From Marsupella aquatica (Eukaryota > Plantae > Marchantiophyta): a DNA stretch of 64,000 bases. Position numbers and translations under genes: made by a program. The DNA lies in NCBI GenBank assembly GCA_973895155.1, contig OZ316898.1:9762286-9826285 (forward strand). The letters are read 5' to 3'. The notes beneath the pieces were generated by a model, which was given only the letters and a program-made list of their open reading frames with translations, searched no databases and was not told where the DNA came from. This document shows, piece after piece, positions 12,641 to 26,608 of this stretch; position 1 is the first letter of the stretch, and every line of letters starts with the position of its first letter.

Positions 12641-15600
12641 CTATGTGTCGGCCGTGACAAACTTGACTGGTATAGTTTCTTGCAGCAGAGCAACGTCCAC
12701 CCCGCTCCAGATCGATACTCCAGTAGGCAAATTTGCAATTTTCTCAACAATGTACATATCTGTCTCTAATACTTGTGCAAATATGGTATGTTTAGGGTAC
12801 CATTCATTATGATTTGCAAGGCTGATGAAGAAATCGGGCCCGCCTCCAATCCACCCAACACTGCCGCGTCGGACAACTGGACATGATTCTTTTGGCATTT
12901 CCCTAAATGGAACAGTGTCTACAGCCAGGGTGCCTTGAACGAGTGCATAGGGACCTGAGATTGTCTGCAGCAAGCAAAGCAATAAATCCAACACCATAAG
13001 AGAAATGAAGAACCAGCAGCTTCTAGGATATGATCCGTTGACAACCAACACCACAAGGAAGAAAAAATCTGTTTATGAGCAAACATGACCCGCGTCAGAA
13101 GAACTGGACACTAGCTCTTCGAAAACCATAAAATTGAGCTTCTTGCCCTATGAATGTTACAACAGATCCGATGATTAAAAGCAAGCATTTCGTCAGATAG
13201 AAGGCAGAGGAGAGTTACACACAATACACAACTCCTGCAACTCTACAACGGAGGAATTATAAAAGAGCTGTCAAACCACTGCGATAGAGGTGTGCCTCCG
13301 TCAATTTAAGAGCTTCAATAGCAGACCTTCGGGCAGTGTAACATGCTATTCTGCTTATCCACAGAAAAATCAAAGTTCTATAAAAAATTGTTGTGTTCGC
13401 CTTCTGCCCTTCGAAATTGAAGGTGAGGATTGAAAGGGGTACTCATTCCACAAAGTTTACGTAAACATCTGTCGAGAAGTACATTCTAGATTTTAGAAAA
13501 TCAAGAAGCACTGGCTGTTATTGTAAAGGGACGACACTGCAGAGGGCACTGTAAGAAGCAAAGTTACCTGACCGATTTGATCTCCCTCCTCATTCCAAGA
13601 TGATCCACGTCCCTCGGCTCGGTATAGATGGCAACCGAGACAATGCCTTAGCTTTTTCAGCTCTAAAATGTAAGCAACTGAGTAAGGTGCACAATCCACG
13701 AGCAGCTGCAAATTCCAATCCACCGGTAAAGAACCAACTTATAGACCTATCACGGCAAACTTCACTGGCAAACCCTAAACCCCAACGCCTTTCTCCAAAT
13801 CTTTCTCGCCCATGTAACCAGCTTGCACATATCAAATGAACGACTGGTGACGACTGGTGTAGTAAACCTATGGGGAGATTAATAAAGAATCCATGAATAT
13901 TGCTTGACACTTCTACTCAATCGAGTGGAATGTTGTAGCCTGGTTAGATCTCAGATCAGGCATTTTGGAGAATAGACACATTAGAGCAACTACAGGTAAT
14001 TTGAGGTGACAAAATCGATGTTTGTCGAACGACAAGAGATTTTTTCTCGGGTTCATAAGAGGAAAGAAATGGAAACTCTCTCACGCCACAAAGAAAATGC
14101 AGGAAAGTCTATTCATTCCACAATTGCTGGTTTGGTCTTTTGGGCCAATATTCCCAAGCCTCAAGTGATGGGACTCGAACTGACAGAACTGAAATAGGAT
14201 TCGACTTCAGACTCCAACATTGATGTTCCGTTTCGCCTAGCAAATAATTAGGCCGTTTCTCGATATCAACAGTAAAGGTGCTGACATGGACCAGGCCCAA
14301 AATAAGAGTTTGAAGATTCGCAAGAAAGAAAAATGAAGCTTTGCAACGTCACTGCCTGACATTGGTACAAGGCTAACTGAAGTTGTACGCCAAAACAACT
14401 TTGTCATTACTGAGGTGGGTTATCATTTTGTCATAGCCTGTTGGCCACAGACCCCTCCTCTAGTTCTGAATGGACTGGGCGAAAAGAACGGCTTTAGCAA
14501 GATCAGACTTGAGAAACATGGTAATCGAAGTAAGATAGTACACTTACCTTCACACGAATGGTACCATGCCGAGTTTTTATTCCCAAAATGCCCTTCAGCA
14601 CGAGGTCGACAACAATACAAACAGTCAATAATCGACTGGGAGAAGCCGAAATTCAAGTTAAAGAACCACAAGTTCTACTTACACTATGAGTCGTTCAGAA
14701 ATATTGTCTTCACCCTACGGACACCAAGATTTCTATTTGCGTAGTCGAGCACAGCCAAGATGAAAAACTCTTAAGACTGCCTATGATGCATACCGCAGCT
14801 TGATCATCATAGATGAGCCCAGACGTCCACATGACATGGTTTCCAGATGCCTGAATGTCCGGATTAAGAGGATCGTTTTGATACTTCAACCAGCACTGCC
14901 AACACAACCAACAATGATGGTTTTATGAGAGACCTTTTACCAACGATTCCTATTTTCAGTGGACCCACGCTCGGATTTTGAGAGGTTTAAAGTTTTCCGT
15001 CATTCTGGTACCAAACAGGACTTAACCGTCTATGACGCCACGTCACATCTCAGCTTCTTTTTTGATAAAATTCAAACAAAATGCTGCCGTAACGAACACT
15101 CCATTAGCAGAGGATAAAATCAAGATGACCTTCAATTAGGACCAAGATGACCTTCAATTAGAACCAAGATGAATCCCTTTCCGCAACTTGTCGGATCAGT
15201 ACTTGAGAATGCATATGACTGAGATACGTTTCCATCAGCATGACTGGAACGATGGTACAGGGTCTCAACACGTAGCTAACGAGGAAATGACTATTTCAGA
15301 CAACGGAAATAAAACGTAAATGGGCATGATCAGTGCACATTAAAGAATTACCAACTTGCTAAGTCGACAAAGGTACAAAATTATGCAAAGTGGATGCCGG
15401 AAGAAGGGAAAGCATTTTGTTTCACTTGAATTAGAAAAGGTTTAGAGCTTGTTGTTCGTTTATTTTATCCAAGAAGACCACGTCAGATCTGACACGAAAC
15501 CAAATAATTGACAGCCTGAACCTCGACTGACCATTTCACAGCTAAGGTATGGACGGATGAAGTCTAAGAAAGGGAATGAGAGAGGACCCACCTGGCCGAA

Positions 15601-15948
15601 CCTATCTCCGCACTTGTTTTGGTTTCCACAGAACACCCAAGAATTGCATCGACACACTCCGGTGTCAGTGCATAACGCTTTGCAGGCCCTGCAACACTCC
15701 TGCGTGGAGTTGGCATCAAATCTGTCGCCCCGCTCGACCACTCGCCCCCACAATTCGAGGTTCTGTACCCCTTTGCAACAAGAATCACTGCCGTCGAGGG
15801 CAACAACCTTCTTGGAAGAAATGGCGGCAGTGAAGAGTGGGGAGAAAAATGCGTAGGCCAGCAGAGTACTGCAGCACACGATTCCGAACAAAATCGCCCA
15901 GTTTCGACACCCGCCGCCCTCTGATGACGAATGCCTCTTCTTCATCAT
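12641..15948 (-). CDS. Cyclophilin-like (PPIase-fold) protein with N-terminal TM and Cys-rich PAN/Apple-like domain (AT4G17070-like family)
   Basis: GT-AG exons 15948-15592, 14895-14794, 14592-14548, 13705-13568, 12964-12641 join in frame: CCKGVQNLELWG..CCRACK..CNSWVFCG|CWLK..WTSGLI|GILGIKTRHGTIRVK|LLVDCAPYSV..YRAEGRG|GPYALVQG..RRGSVGWIGGGPDFFISLANHNEW. Confidence 0.85.
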
Positions 15949-17504
15949 CCTCTCTCCCTGTCTCCCTCCCTTCCCTGCCGCTTTCAACAATTACTCCGAT
16001 GAAAATGATTCCCTCCACCCACCTGCAGTTTTTTAACTACTTCGCACTTGAGCGAATAACTAACCGCCCTCTCACCTCCAGCTAAACTGCCGATCTCTCC
16101 ATACCTTACAATTATTCCATTACACGGGCTCAAGAATATTTCTCAATCTGTGAGAGTAGTGCCGGATCACTGAGGGAATTGTATTGATCACTCCAAGAAC
16201 ACGGTGAAACGAGTAAAAATCTCTGCGATCAAATATTCAGAATAACCTCCTCCTCCTCTCCTCTGTGTCAGTAAGTTGAAGAAACAAATGCAGTAGCTAA
16301 TTTGAAACTCCTGTTACAAATCCCTCGCGTTGGTCCACTGAGGTTACGATCAGCCAACCCGCAGATGAAAAGTTGCTCTTCAGCTTGCCCAACCGCTGTC
16401 CATCTCAGTCAAGATTCCTGCTTGTTCCGGACTTCCGGTACTGTTATCCTGCCTTCTCCGTTCCTGGTCGGCCTGCTGTCGATCGAATGAGGTGGACGTA
16501 AAGGTTCCATATGCAGAATCTGCAGATCTCACGACCATGTCCTAATAAGGTCCATAGTTCACAGTCTGTCGGTCATTCATTCAATGATTTTGACCCCGTC
16601 ATAATGTCTGCTCACCGTCAAGATAAGAGCCGACAAAACTCCCTTCTGAACACAACCCAATCAATAATATGAACTGGAGCACCAGATACTTGGACCAAAA
16701 GTAAGAAAGGTGAACCCGAAAGACACTTCTGACCCCGAATTCAGCTGTGCTGCCTCCGTAATCCTCCACTGCTGCCCTCCAAACCGTCTCGCCTTTCGAA
16801 TTTCACATTATGCTTCGTTTCACACGCTGGCCCACATTCAGTCACTCGCTTCTCCTGTCCCGTCTCTCCTTCCTCTCTCACTTTCCCACCATCACCATCC
16901 CCCGTTTCAGTGGAGACTCACCCTCCTCGGGAACGAAATGGCCGACCTCTTTTGGAGCAGCTGCAGCAGAGACATCGACCTTTCTCCACAATTGTGGAGT
17001 CGGTGATGATGCAGACCTTGTGGATAGACGAGCAATGAATGAATCTTAATCAATTCAAAAAAGCTTGGAAGCCTTCGCGATCGATTCCAGTCCAATCGAA
17101 CGCCTTCTTCGTCCGCTTGACCAGAGTCGAGACTGTTATTTATTCTTCAGCTCGGGGAGAGGAGAGGAGAGGAAAGGAAAGTGCTAGAGGCCATTGTTTT
17201 GAGAGAAGGAGTGGTACAGTAGTAGTAGTGCGATTACAAGAAGATCCTCGGGAATGCCCTCTGGGTCTAGATTCTAGAGTGATCCCGATTGTCCGTATTC
17301 CCTGGATTCATGGAACCTCTTCCCTCGAGCAAAAGTACCAGAGGTTTAATTAATTAGCTAATCCCGGACGTTGACCCTCTCCCCACATACTATTATCTAT
17401 TGTATCTATGTATCTACCTAGAAACTCTATGAGGATGGTATGTAATCCAGGTCTTTGTGGTTGTTTCATGGTCAGCTTTGGAAAGAAGAAGTGTTTTGGA
17501 TAGG

Positions 17505-18720
17505 GATAGAAGATGTTGAGGTGAGAAAAGATATCAAAGTGCTTTGGATAGAAGATGTTGAAGTGAGAAAAGATATCAAAAAGAGAGAAAAGAATAAAAA
17601 TGGACAGAATATGTTCAGGTGACAAAAAAATACTAAGGAGAGAAAAAGATGTCATGCTAAATAAAATTAGTTGGAGTATCCCTTGGTTATGTAAGCTTGC
17701 TTTATTGAACTATTTGGTGCCATGAAAGGTTGAAATAGATAGATGAAAGGACACATATTAAATGGAGGATTCTAATTGAAGTGACTTTTAAAGGTAGTTA
17801 GGATAATTTCATTGAAGACTAATACGAGTACATTCATGATAATACCTAGGGTAATTCTCCATGCAAAATGTTTCCCTTAATACCTCTATGTCTTACATAT
17901 AACATTCAAGATAGTTCATGCAAATATTACTTTGTCCATAGTAGTTGAAAGGTCTTAGAATCCTTTGGTATTTCTCTACCCATAGTAGTTATGGTGTTTC
18001 TTATCTTTGCTTGTTACTCCCCTATCCATAGTAGCCAAAGGTTGTCTTCAGTTAACTTGGTACATGTTAGAGAAGTTGAAAGGTTTCTTGGGTTTCTTAT
18101 GTTACCTTGATAATGTTAGAATAATTGAAGAGTTTCTTTCTACTTGTCATTATTTCAACAATGTGTAAATTAAATAGGAAATTGAAAAAGATTACCAAAA
18201 AACATTGATATATCAATCACAAGTCATCCAAAGATTACTTTCTTTCACCCCTATTTTACCTTTTTCTTTGTTTATTTCAAATGTTACTTTTCAATTTTCC
18301 ATTGTTCTTGGGTCTAACTGTTTTTTTTTGCCTTGCCTCAAACACAAATAGTCAGATTTGGTTCGATCTTCTTGCATAAATAACGGTTCTTGTTTGTGAC
18401 AAATCATGCTCATGTGGCTACACGTGCATCCATGAATTTTGGAAAGACTTCCCAGGGGGTCCGTAATGATCAAGGTGAGAAAAGAGGTTGAGGTGAGAAA
18501 CTGATGTTGAGGAGAGAAAGAGATGTAAAGAAGAGAAAACTATGTTGAGATGAAAATATGTCAAGGAGAGAAAAAGATATTGTGCTGAGAAAGACGTGTC
18601 AATGTGAGAAAAGATGTTGAGATGAGAAAAAAATATCGATGAGAGAAAAAGATGTTGAGGAGAGAAAACGATGTTGAGGTGAGGAAATGATGTTGAGGAT
18701 CAGAGAAAAATGTAAAAAAC
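17505..18720 (+). repeat. Degenerate ~19-20-bp AG-rich minisatellite (GAGAAAAAGATGTTGAGGT) split by the dispersed repeat
   Basis: Units visible at 17505-17655 and 18470-18720. Confidence 0.65.
17673..18461 (-). repeat. Dispersed ~790-bp repeat, copy 2 (uninterrupted)
   Basis: Reverse complement aligns to 2103-2179 plus 6335-7127. Confidence 0.8.
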
Positions 18721-19909
18721 CATCAACTCCAGACTAGACAGCAAATGTATAATATGAGAGCACTCAATCTCACATTACACCAATTAGTTCAAGTACAGAT
18801 AAATTTGAATACATTCAACAATTTGGATCAATAAAAGACTTAGTTTGTTGTGCATGCAAATAGATTAGGTTGTCCAAAATGGCAGGTAAGTATCATTTAA
18901 GTTTGCCTTCATAATTATGGCTGAATGAACATGAAAGTAAATACAGATTATGATTCTATCTCTCTAAGGCATTGTGGGTGAAGCTTGCGCTTCACTGCAG
19001 GCTCCCATGTTGAGCTTGTAAAGCTATTAGATAATCCAGCAAACATGTTGTCATCTGATACATTGTTGGCCCGGGGTTGTTGGCTGATACATCAGAAAGG
19101 AGGCCATCTTCACTACTCTTTTTGAGCTTCTCTGTCAAGGACACAACCTGAATATGTGTGAGGTTGACAACCATGTCGATTGGCATCTTGAAGACATGCC
19201 GAAGTACTCTGATTTGCTCCATTCTTGCTCCTTTTGTAAGGTCCTGGATATATTCCTTCATCCCCTCATGTCTTCATCAAAGTCAACTTCCTTGTGTCTT
19301 AATACTTCTTTCTTATACCTGCAACATTAAACCAATGTGTAATGTTAGTAATGATGTTACATACAGGGTTATTTATTGTTAGTCGATTGCGACTATTATT
19401 GATAAATAGTACTTACCAGAGGCTCATTTTTCTCCATTGTAGTGCTCCTCAAAATCTGCAGAAAATGTTTTTTTCTCATCTATCAATTTTGAGAAGTCTC
19501 TCGAGCTGATCCTGGCCTCCCACACAATTAACTCTATGCCGAGAATATCAGCATAGACAAGTTCCCTTGGTGAGGGCTTCACAAACTTTGGTTTGTTGTC
19601 TGTTGGGAGCTCTTTGATTATCCTACGAGCAAAGTCTGCAGCGATCATGGGGCTGCAAAGAAAAAGTTGCACATTTGGTAAGTTTATAGTTGTTTCACAA
19701 CATGAAAATGAATAAAATTAAATTGAGTGACTGGAAAGTGTAGTTTTGTACCGTGTGCCTTTGAGATGGCTCATCTAGTGTGGCGTTCTTTGTTGCACTT
19801 GGATCTCATGATGGTTGTCCACATTTTGGTGTGCGGATGCCTTTTCCGAATGCCATTTCTCTCCCTTTTGAATACGGTGCATGGATCAGCATCAAAACAC
19901 TTCAAATTC

Positions 19910-21160
19910 GGGAGGTGAGAGCTTATCAACAATTCATAACAATGATCTGTTGGTGACTCTACTCAACATCACATAGACAGGTCCTAGAGTGAATGCATTT
20001 GTTACTTCAGATAGAACCTTGTTAGAACCTTGGCTCTTGTGACCTGTGATTGCATAACTAAGCATGAGTGGGAAGGTGGACTTTTGATATGTCTCTCTCT
20101 CTAAGATAAACTTGTTCTCATGCACTGTCCAACTCACTTTGACTAGATGATAATTGGAGGAGAGTCAAACAATAAATTCTATTTTTTCATCCATGCCACT
20201 TGTGCTGTTTCGACAATACCAATGTTTCCGTTCACAGCTTGTATGGAAAGGTCTGTGTTTTGTGTCAAAATGACTCTACAACCAATCGCAACTTTGGTAA
20301 ATGTGTGAAACTTTTGTGATTGAATCCAAGGTTTGGTGTTTTCATTGTAGGGAGTATTAGTTATGATTGGAACGTTCGTCGATAACGGGGTCGATAATCT
20401 ATTTTGGTGCAAAATAACTTTGAAGGGCCAGATTGTTATAGTTGGCAACGGTTTCGTTGTGAGAGCATATCACAGTAGTAGAAATGTCAATGAATGCAAG
20501 TGCTTCTTGTTGAGAGACGTAACATTGGCTGAGGCATGAGTCAATTGATGCTTGAGTAGGGAGCATTGTGCGAATGTCATTTAAGAACTCCTTAAGCTTT
20601 GTTTGAGCACGGTTGAGAGATGAAACTTTTGCATTGTATCATAGAATGGTGAGGCAAAAAGATGGCACATTGTACATGATATTCCCTCCTTTTTGTGGGT
20701 GAAGACAGATTGCAGTTGGCGCATGTCCCCACCAAAATGACCAATTTCTTTTGGAAGTCAGGGATCGCTAGTATGATCCTCTCTTGATAGTGTTTCATGT
20801 AGTCTAGTGGAGATGCATTGCAAGAGTTTGGGAGTGAGCATGCTTACTTCACCTATGATGAAGATATCAGAGCTGTTCAATTTATGGAAATGTGGGCTAA
20901 TGATGTGGAGAGCTCGGAGCTCTCCTTGTATTGGTATACAAAAAATTGAATGCACTGTCCCTACTGTGGCATGTAGATGTATTGCTACATCACTGGTGGC
21001 ACACATTTGGATTGTCTTCCTCTTTGATTTCCAATAATTGTTTATGAAAGACATAAAGAAAATCTTGGCAGAACCCGAATTTACGTTGATCATGAACAAG
21101 CCATTTGAGGCATCCTTTAGAGCTTCAAACACCTATGTTTGGTCTGGAGTTAGTTGTACA
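19910..21160 (-). pseudogene. Decayed PIF1-family (SF1B) helicase of transposon type
   Basis: LTPDQ..VFEAL start, degenerate Walker A (INVNSGSAKIF), IIGEVSML (Walker B), LVILVG, AVNGNIGIV, FPLMLSYAITGHKSQG, VYVMLSRV spread over several frames. Confidence 0.8.
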
Positions 21161-21279
21161 TCTTGACATGGAAGGGTTTGCATGGTAGGGTCGTTGGTAG
21201 GAACTGTTTGGAGTATAGGTTGAGTTGGAAAACACCCAATTTGGAATGTTGCAGCATCTTGGAACCTGATGCCTGCTTT

Positions 21280-23670
21280 TTTCCACTGCTGGAATAGGAG
21301 GGAGACAGTGCTCTGATGGGTCCAAATTAGAAACCAGGAAACAAGGTACCTTAGTTAGGCTCATACAACTTTCACAACAAAGTTGTCTTCCAATAGTGGT
21401 GGAAGTGTTGAGTGAAGTCCTTACCGTCTCTGTCATACCAAGGCATTAAGTGTTTGCATGGCCATTATAGCATTTCTTATAACTCCACACAAGTGCAAGT
21501 GAGTTTTGGTGGTAGTGTAGCCAAATACTCCTCTTGTTGGTTGTGGTCTATATTTTTTCTTGACTCTGTCCATCATCTAGCACTTGCCACTGTCCAAATA
21601 ATTGCAAGTTGGTTGTGTGTCGCTTCAAGGCCTGCTGGCTTTAAGTCTCTTGTCTGGCCATTGCAACAACTTTCTTAGTTGTTGTTGTAGTGTGTCTAGA
21701 CATAATACCACAACTCTAATAGCACTTTAGAAGGTGCAAACTCCCTAATGGGAAGCAAACCTGAGTTGGCTTGCTCCACAAGGTTGCTAGTAACCTTTCC
21801 GAGATGAGGCAAAGGGAATGCATGCTTGGCATACAACTTCTTGTCCATGTCTTTGATGTACTTAACTGCATCAGGCCCTTGTGTAACGGATGCTGATAAG
21901 TGGTCCAACAATGTGTCAAACCTGCAATCCATGTGAATCACCATATATAAGCGAACCCAATCTCTGTAAGACTTAGCCCTCCCTAGGTGAAATTGAAAGT
22001 ATAAAATTGCATTGTACAAGACTATAGCCTTACCGTCTCTTAGTGTTAGCATGAACACAAGCCAAAAAGATTTGTTTTGCTCCCTAGTCGTGATTTTTTT
22101 TCACATTGGCTCTCAAATGGTTCGCACAATGGGCAGGAAATTTTGTTGGAAACACATTGTGAACAAATGCTTGTAGGCCCTTCTGTCTATCATAAATGAT
22201 TGGAATAGTAAGGTCTGCTATGCCATAAATTGACCGCTCCAATAATGACAAAAACCATGTCCAACTGTCAGTATTTTCCACTGGAGCAACATTGCCATAA
22301 CAAAGAATGTTGACTTGGGAGTTCCCATCAAGTGCTGTAGCTACAAAAAAGTTGGATTGGATACTTCCGATTCTTGGCATGGCACGCATCAATGCACACC
22401 ACAGGTTGACTGTAGTGCAAAGCTCCACAGGTTGCAGGAGGGCATGCATAAGAATGCTCGATTGAAAACTCTGTTGCCTTCTAGAGTAGACCAATCCACT
22501 ACACAGTTTGGATCAACGTCCTTGATTCTGTCCAAGAAGGATGGAATGAAGAGAAAACTTGCACTCTGACCACCAATGTGCCAATCTCGCACAAGATCTT
22601 GAGCCCGCCACATCTAATGGTAATTGCAGCTCTTTTTGTATTCCATCCTCAGTCCATTTAATATCTCTTTCATCGGCACTTGGACATTCATCACTACTCG
22701 ACGTGCAAGCGTCTCACCTAACCATGCTGATTTTTGGATAGGGCCTCACCACCTATGCTTATATTCTGGACAAGGGTGTTGAAGATTACAAACTGTGACT
22801 ATAAACTTACCATCCTTCTCACGTTGACATCTAACTTGAAATGGGCAGGGCTAAATGAGTTCAATATTATCATTGTCTTTTGGTGGCAAGAATCGACATT
22901 GCTCTCCACATGCTACTATCTGTGATTGCTTCTGCACCTTCTCCCTTCTTGCCGTTTGTGGAAAACTTGTTGGGACCCACTCCCAAGTGTGTGCAATGTA
23001 TGCCCTCTTGCTATTTTGCGTACCAATGAATTGGTGAATTGTATTGGCCTGAATTTCCTGCAATGGTGGTCTTGAATTTAGGGGCAATGGATTCTTTGTT
23101 ATTTCCCCTGCATTTTCTTCACCATAATATTCCTCTGATCCTGCCAAATGACTGAATCCAGCTTCATGGAGACCTGCAGATTCAATCTTAGCATCCGGCC
23201 ATTCATGCAGATCGACCTGCAGTTTGAATCTCAATATCCGACCCATAATTGAAATTGTTTCCTTTCCAATGAGGTATGATATTAGCTCCAAATCTGCACA
23301 CTCTAACTTTGTATTTGTATTTAGTCTTGAACTTGTGGCTCACCCTCCCATGCAACACACTCCATGAATCCAAGCACCGATCAAATTCATCAAAAGTAGA
23401 GAAAGATTCTCCAAGCCTAATACGACTAGCCTCCTCTTCCACTTCATGGGAGGACTTTCCTCTCAATAGTGGATTTCCTGGATCAATCTCAGAATTCCAA
23501 GATACAAAATGGCCCTGTAGTTCATTGCTTGGAGGCAACGGAAGCTTCTCCTCATTTGGGATATGTAATGGGTAAACATCCCCTCTGATCCAATCTGGCC
23601 CTATGTTTGCTTCAAAGTCTTCTTCCATTGTTGGTGCTACTGTTCTCTTCACATTTTGAATGTGCAATGC
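21280..23670 (-). mobile_element. Decayed Mutator-like (MULE) transposase: MuDR DBD, DDE, SWIM
   Basis: IRLGESFSTFDEF..KVRVC; VATALDGNSQVNILCYG..ENTDSWTWFL..IIYDRQKGL..CANHLRANV; TSNLVEQAN; TCTC..WPCKHL SWIM at ~21445-21500; stops and frameshifts present. Confidence 0.85.
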
Positions 23671-26608
23671 TAGGATTGTGCTTTGTGTTCTCTACAATAT
23701 GCCTACAAAAAATTCTGCTACTGCAATGTTTCAATGGAGAGAGTGCAAGTCACGGAACTCGACTACCTTAACACTTAGCTCTAGCGTCGCTGACTCTGAC
23801 GCCAAGCTCCTCTATGGTCCAAGCCCCGGAAGGGCCATCCGGTGAGGACTAAGTATGGGGAGACTAGTGGGCAACAAGGTGTTGCACTAGCAAAGGCAAG
23901 ATGCTTAGACTAGCTTGGGGCTGGTCGGGTCATGGGAAGGGGCCAAGCTCAAGGTGGACCGTCCGGACCCCCGAAAAGACTTTGAGTTTTGAGGGCTTGA
24001 GCAAGAGCTTGGACTCTTGGGCCCAAGACTAACAAAGTTTACTTCATGCGCAACGGACACTTGGCGCACAAGATACGGCGCGGCCGCCCGGGATACTCGA
24101 GTGATGACGGGGTTTGAGGGCCTAGGCATGAGCACTGGGTCGCCCTAAATGGTGGGTGGCGGCTTTGGCTCCGGCTTATGGCAAGGCCACCTAGGCTAGG
24201 GATGCTAACCTACTTACCGATGTCTGTTGAGCTTGAGTTAGGATGCTAGACTGAGAACGCCTAGATCTTTTGTATTACTTACCAAGGTGCTTGGTTGCTT
24301 GTGCAGACAACGAGGACCGTTGAGCAACAGTCATGTTAGGGAGCAAGTGCGACTTTGTATGGGAGTGGCCACTAGAGGTGCAAGAGGCATCAAGTTGCTT
24401 GCTCAAGGAGTTCCGTGGAGGAGTTTGGGCACCAAGGACACTAGATGTGGTGGGATTGGTGAGGGCGTTGGGTGGCTGGGTCCACCACTGTGCAGCTCTT
24501 CAATCTAGTACTAGACATAGCACAGTTGCTTGATCATTGTACCCTAAACTCTTGCCTAAACTGAAATGTCTCAAATTGAAGCACTTGAAATTGCCCTAAA
24601 TTTCACTTGGACCGCAGCTTCAATCACCCCGCAGTTCCATATCCCCGATGTGTCAACATTGAGTTGTGCAATTATCTCCTTGCAATGCAGCTTCGACCAG
24701 CTTCAACCTCTTCACTCTAATCACACCCTCAGCGCAACGCTCCATGCACAAAGTGTCCTGAGCAGTGTATGCAAATGTGTTAATTTTTATTCTATCCCAA
24801 GGGGCTCGACATTTTGCTTGGGAGAACCTTGGCCTCCCTGCCCGTGAGCCCCAACGAGTGTTGAAGGGCCAATATTGGGAGGGAACAGGTTGCACGACCC
24901 TCTCCCCCACCCTCACTTTTCCCCCCTCTCACCCGCGTCTGCTGCCTGAAATCCTGGCAACCCGGTTTTCTCACAACATACTCATTCAAACATACATTTG
25001 GGGTCCCACCGAGCCATTTTAGATGTAGTGGGTCTAGTTGAGTCGGCTGTTTTTGTTTGAGGGCCCCACCAAGCAAATCTCTCAAGAGAAAACCCTTCTA
25101 GATTTATCTTTATATACCCATTTATATATTACGTTGTGGGCCCTGAAGAGGGGATGGGTTACCTGCCGCAAGTGAATATTGGAATTCTTATACTCAAGAG
25201 GAGTTGTGGCCCTCATCTGTTCCACTAACATAGAGATTTGTATTAGAGAATCTCCTTGCTAGGATGACAAAAGGGTTAGGACTCATAACAATCTTACAAT
25301 GCAGATACAAAAGAAAATTCACAAGAAAGGTAGAGGAATATAGTTAGCAATGTCCTGTTTACAGGGTATTGTGGGCCATAATGCCCACAAGCTTCAGCTC
25401 AAGTTTTGAGGGGCTACAAAATCAGATTCAAGGAGGGCTTAAGGTGTAGGATAACCAGGTACCCTAAGAGTTGTTAACTGGGTGTCACAACCTATAGCCC
25501 ATAAGAGACCGTGGATTATGGAGGTTAAATTCTGAGTGTATTTCTATTTTATTTTCACCCCAAAACTTTCACCTCAGTTGCATGACCCTCGAGATACGAT
25601 GGATATGGAGTTCTAGATCCTTGTTGCATTTCCACCTCACTCACCCAAATATCCTTTCTTTGAGCATGAATAGAGAGGTGATGAAAAAAATAATCTCCCA
25701 TACCTTCCCAGGTAGCCAGCTCTATCACACAGGTCCGTCACAAGCTCCCTAGAACCAGCTACTCCTCAATGTCTTGGTTTGAATATCAATACTTACCAAT
25801 TGTCCCTTCATTGACTTTGCATTCAATACATCTACACTCTTCAAATTAGTGTGACTAACACTAATTTGAGAGAATAATTTTCAGGGTCTACTTGCAAATT
25901 AGTGTTAGTTACACTAATGTTATGCTAACATTATTTTTGCGCACATGAATTAGTGTTAGTGTGATCTTAAGAGGGAAAAATAAAGAGAAAAAACACACAA
26001 CAATTAATGTTACTTGGGACTCAAGATCATTCATTTTTTACAGACAATCTAAACTAAAGTGTAAAAAAGTTGTTTTGGAAACAAAAAAAAAATAGTGTTA
26101 CTTCGACTCAAAATCATTTTCACCAAAGAAGAGCAGAGGTTGCGACTCTGTTGTCACATCGCAGCTGTTGTTGTTCTTGGAGATGCCGCGGTTTCAGCTA
26201 CGATCGTCGGTGCTGTTCTCGAATCCGTTGCTGCGCGGCAGACAGCTGCAAGCCAGTGGTGGATCTCGATCGGACGTCATAACGAGCGCTCTTTGAGAGA
26301 TTCGAAGACTGTCCAGTGCCGTTCCCAATTTTTTTCCCATGCAGCTGGGTTTCCGGTGTTCGTTTCTACGGTAGTAGAAGAGGTCAACCAAGAGAAGCCT
26401 TTCTGTGGTCTGCGTGACAATAATGCTTGGACTAGAATGTATGGCATTGTCATCTGTCCGACTTGAAGATATCTCTGTCCTTGATATCGAAACTATGACA
26501 CGCCTAGGAACCTTCAGAGGTAGAACTCAGGTCCTGTCTACTTCTCTCTAGATTGTGGTGGTCTCTAGAACTCGGTCCTGTCTACTCCGAGGTTTCGTTC
26601 GTTCCACA

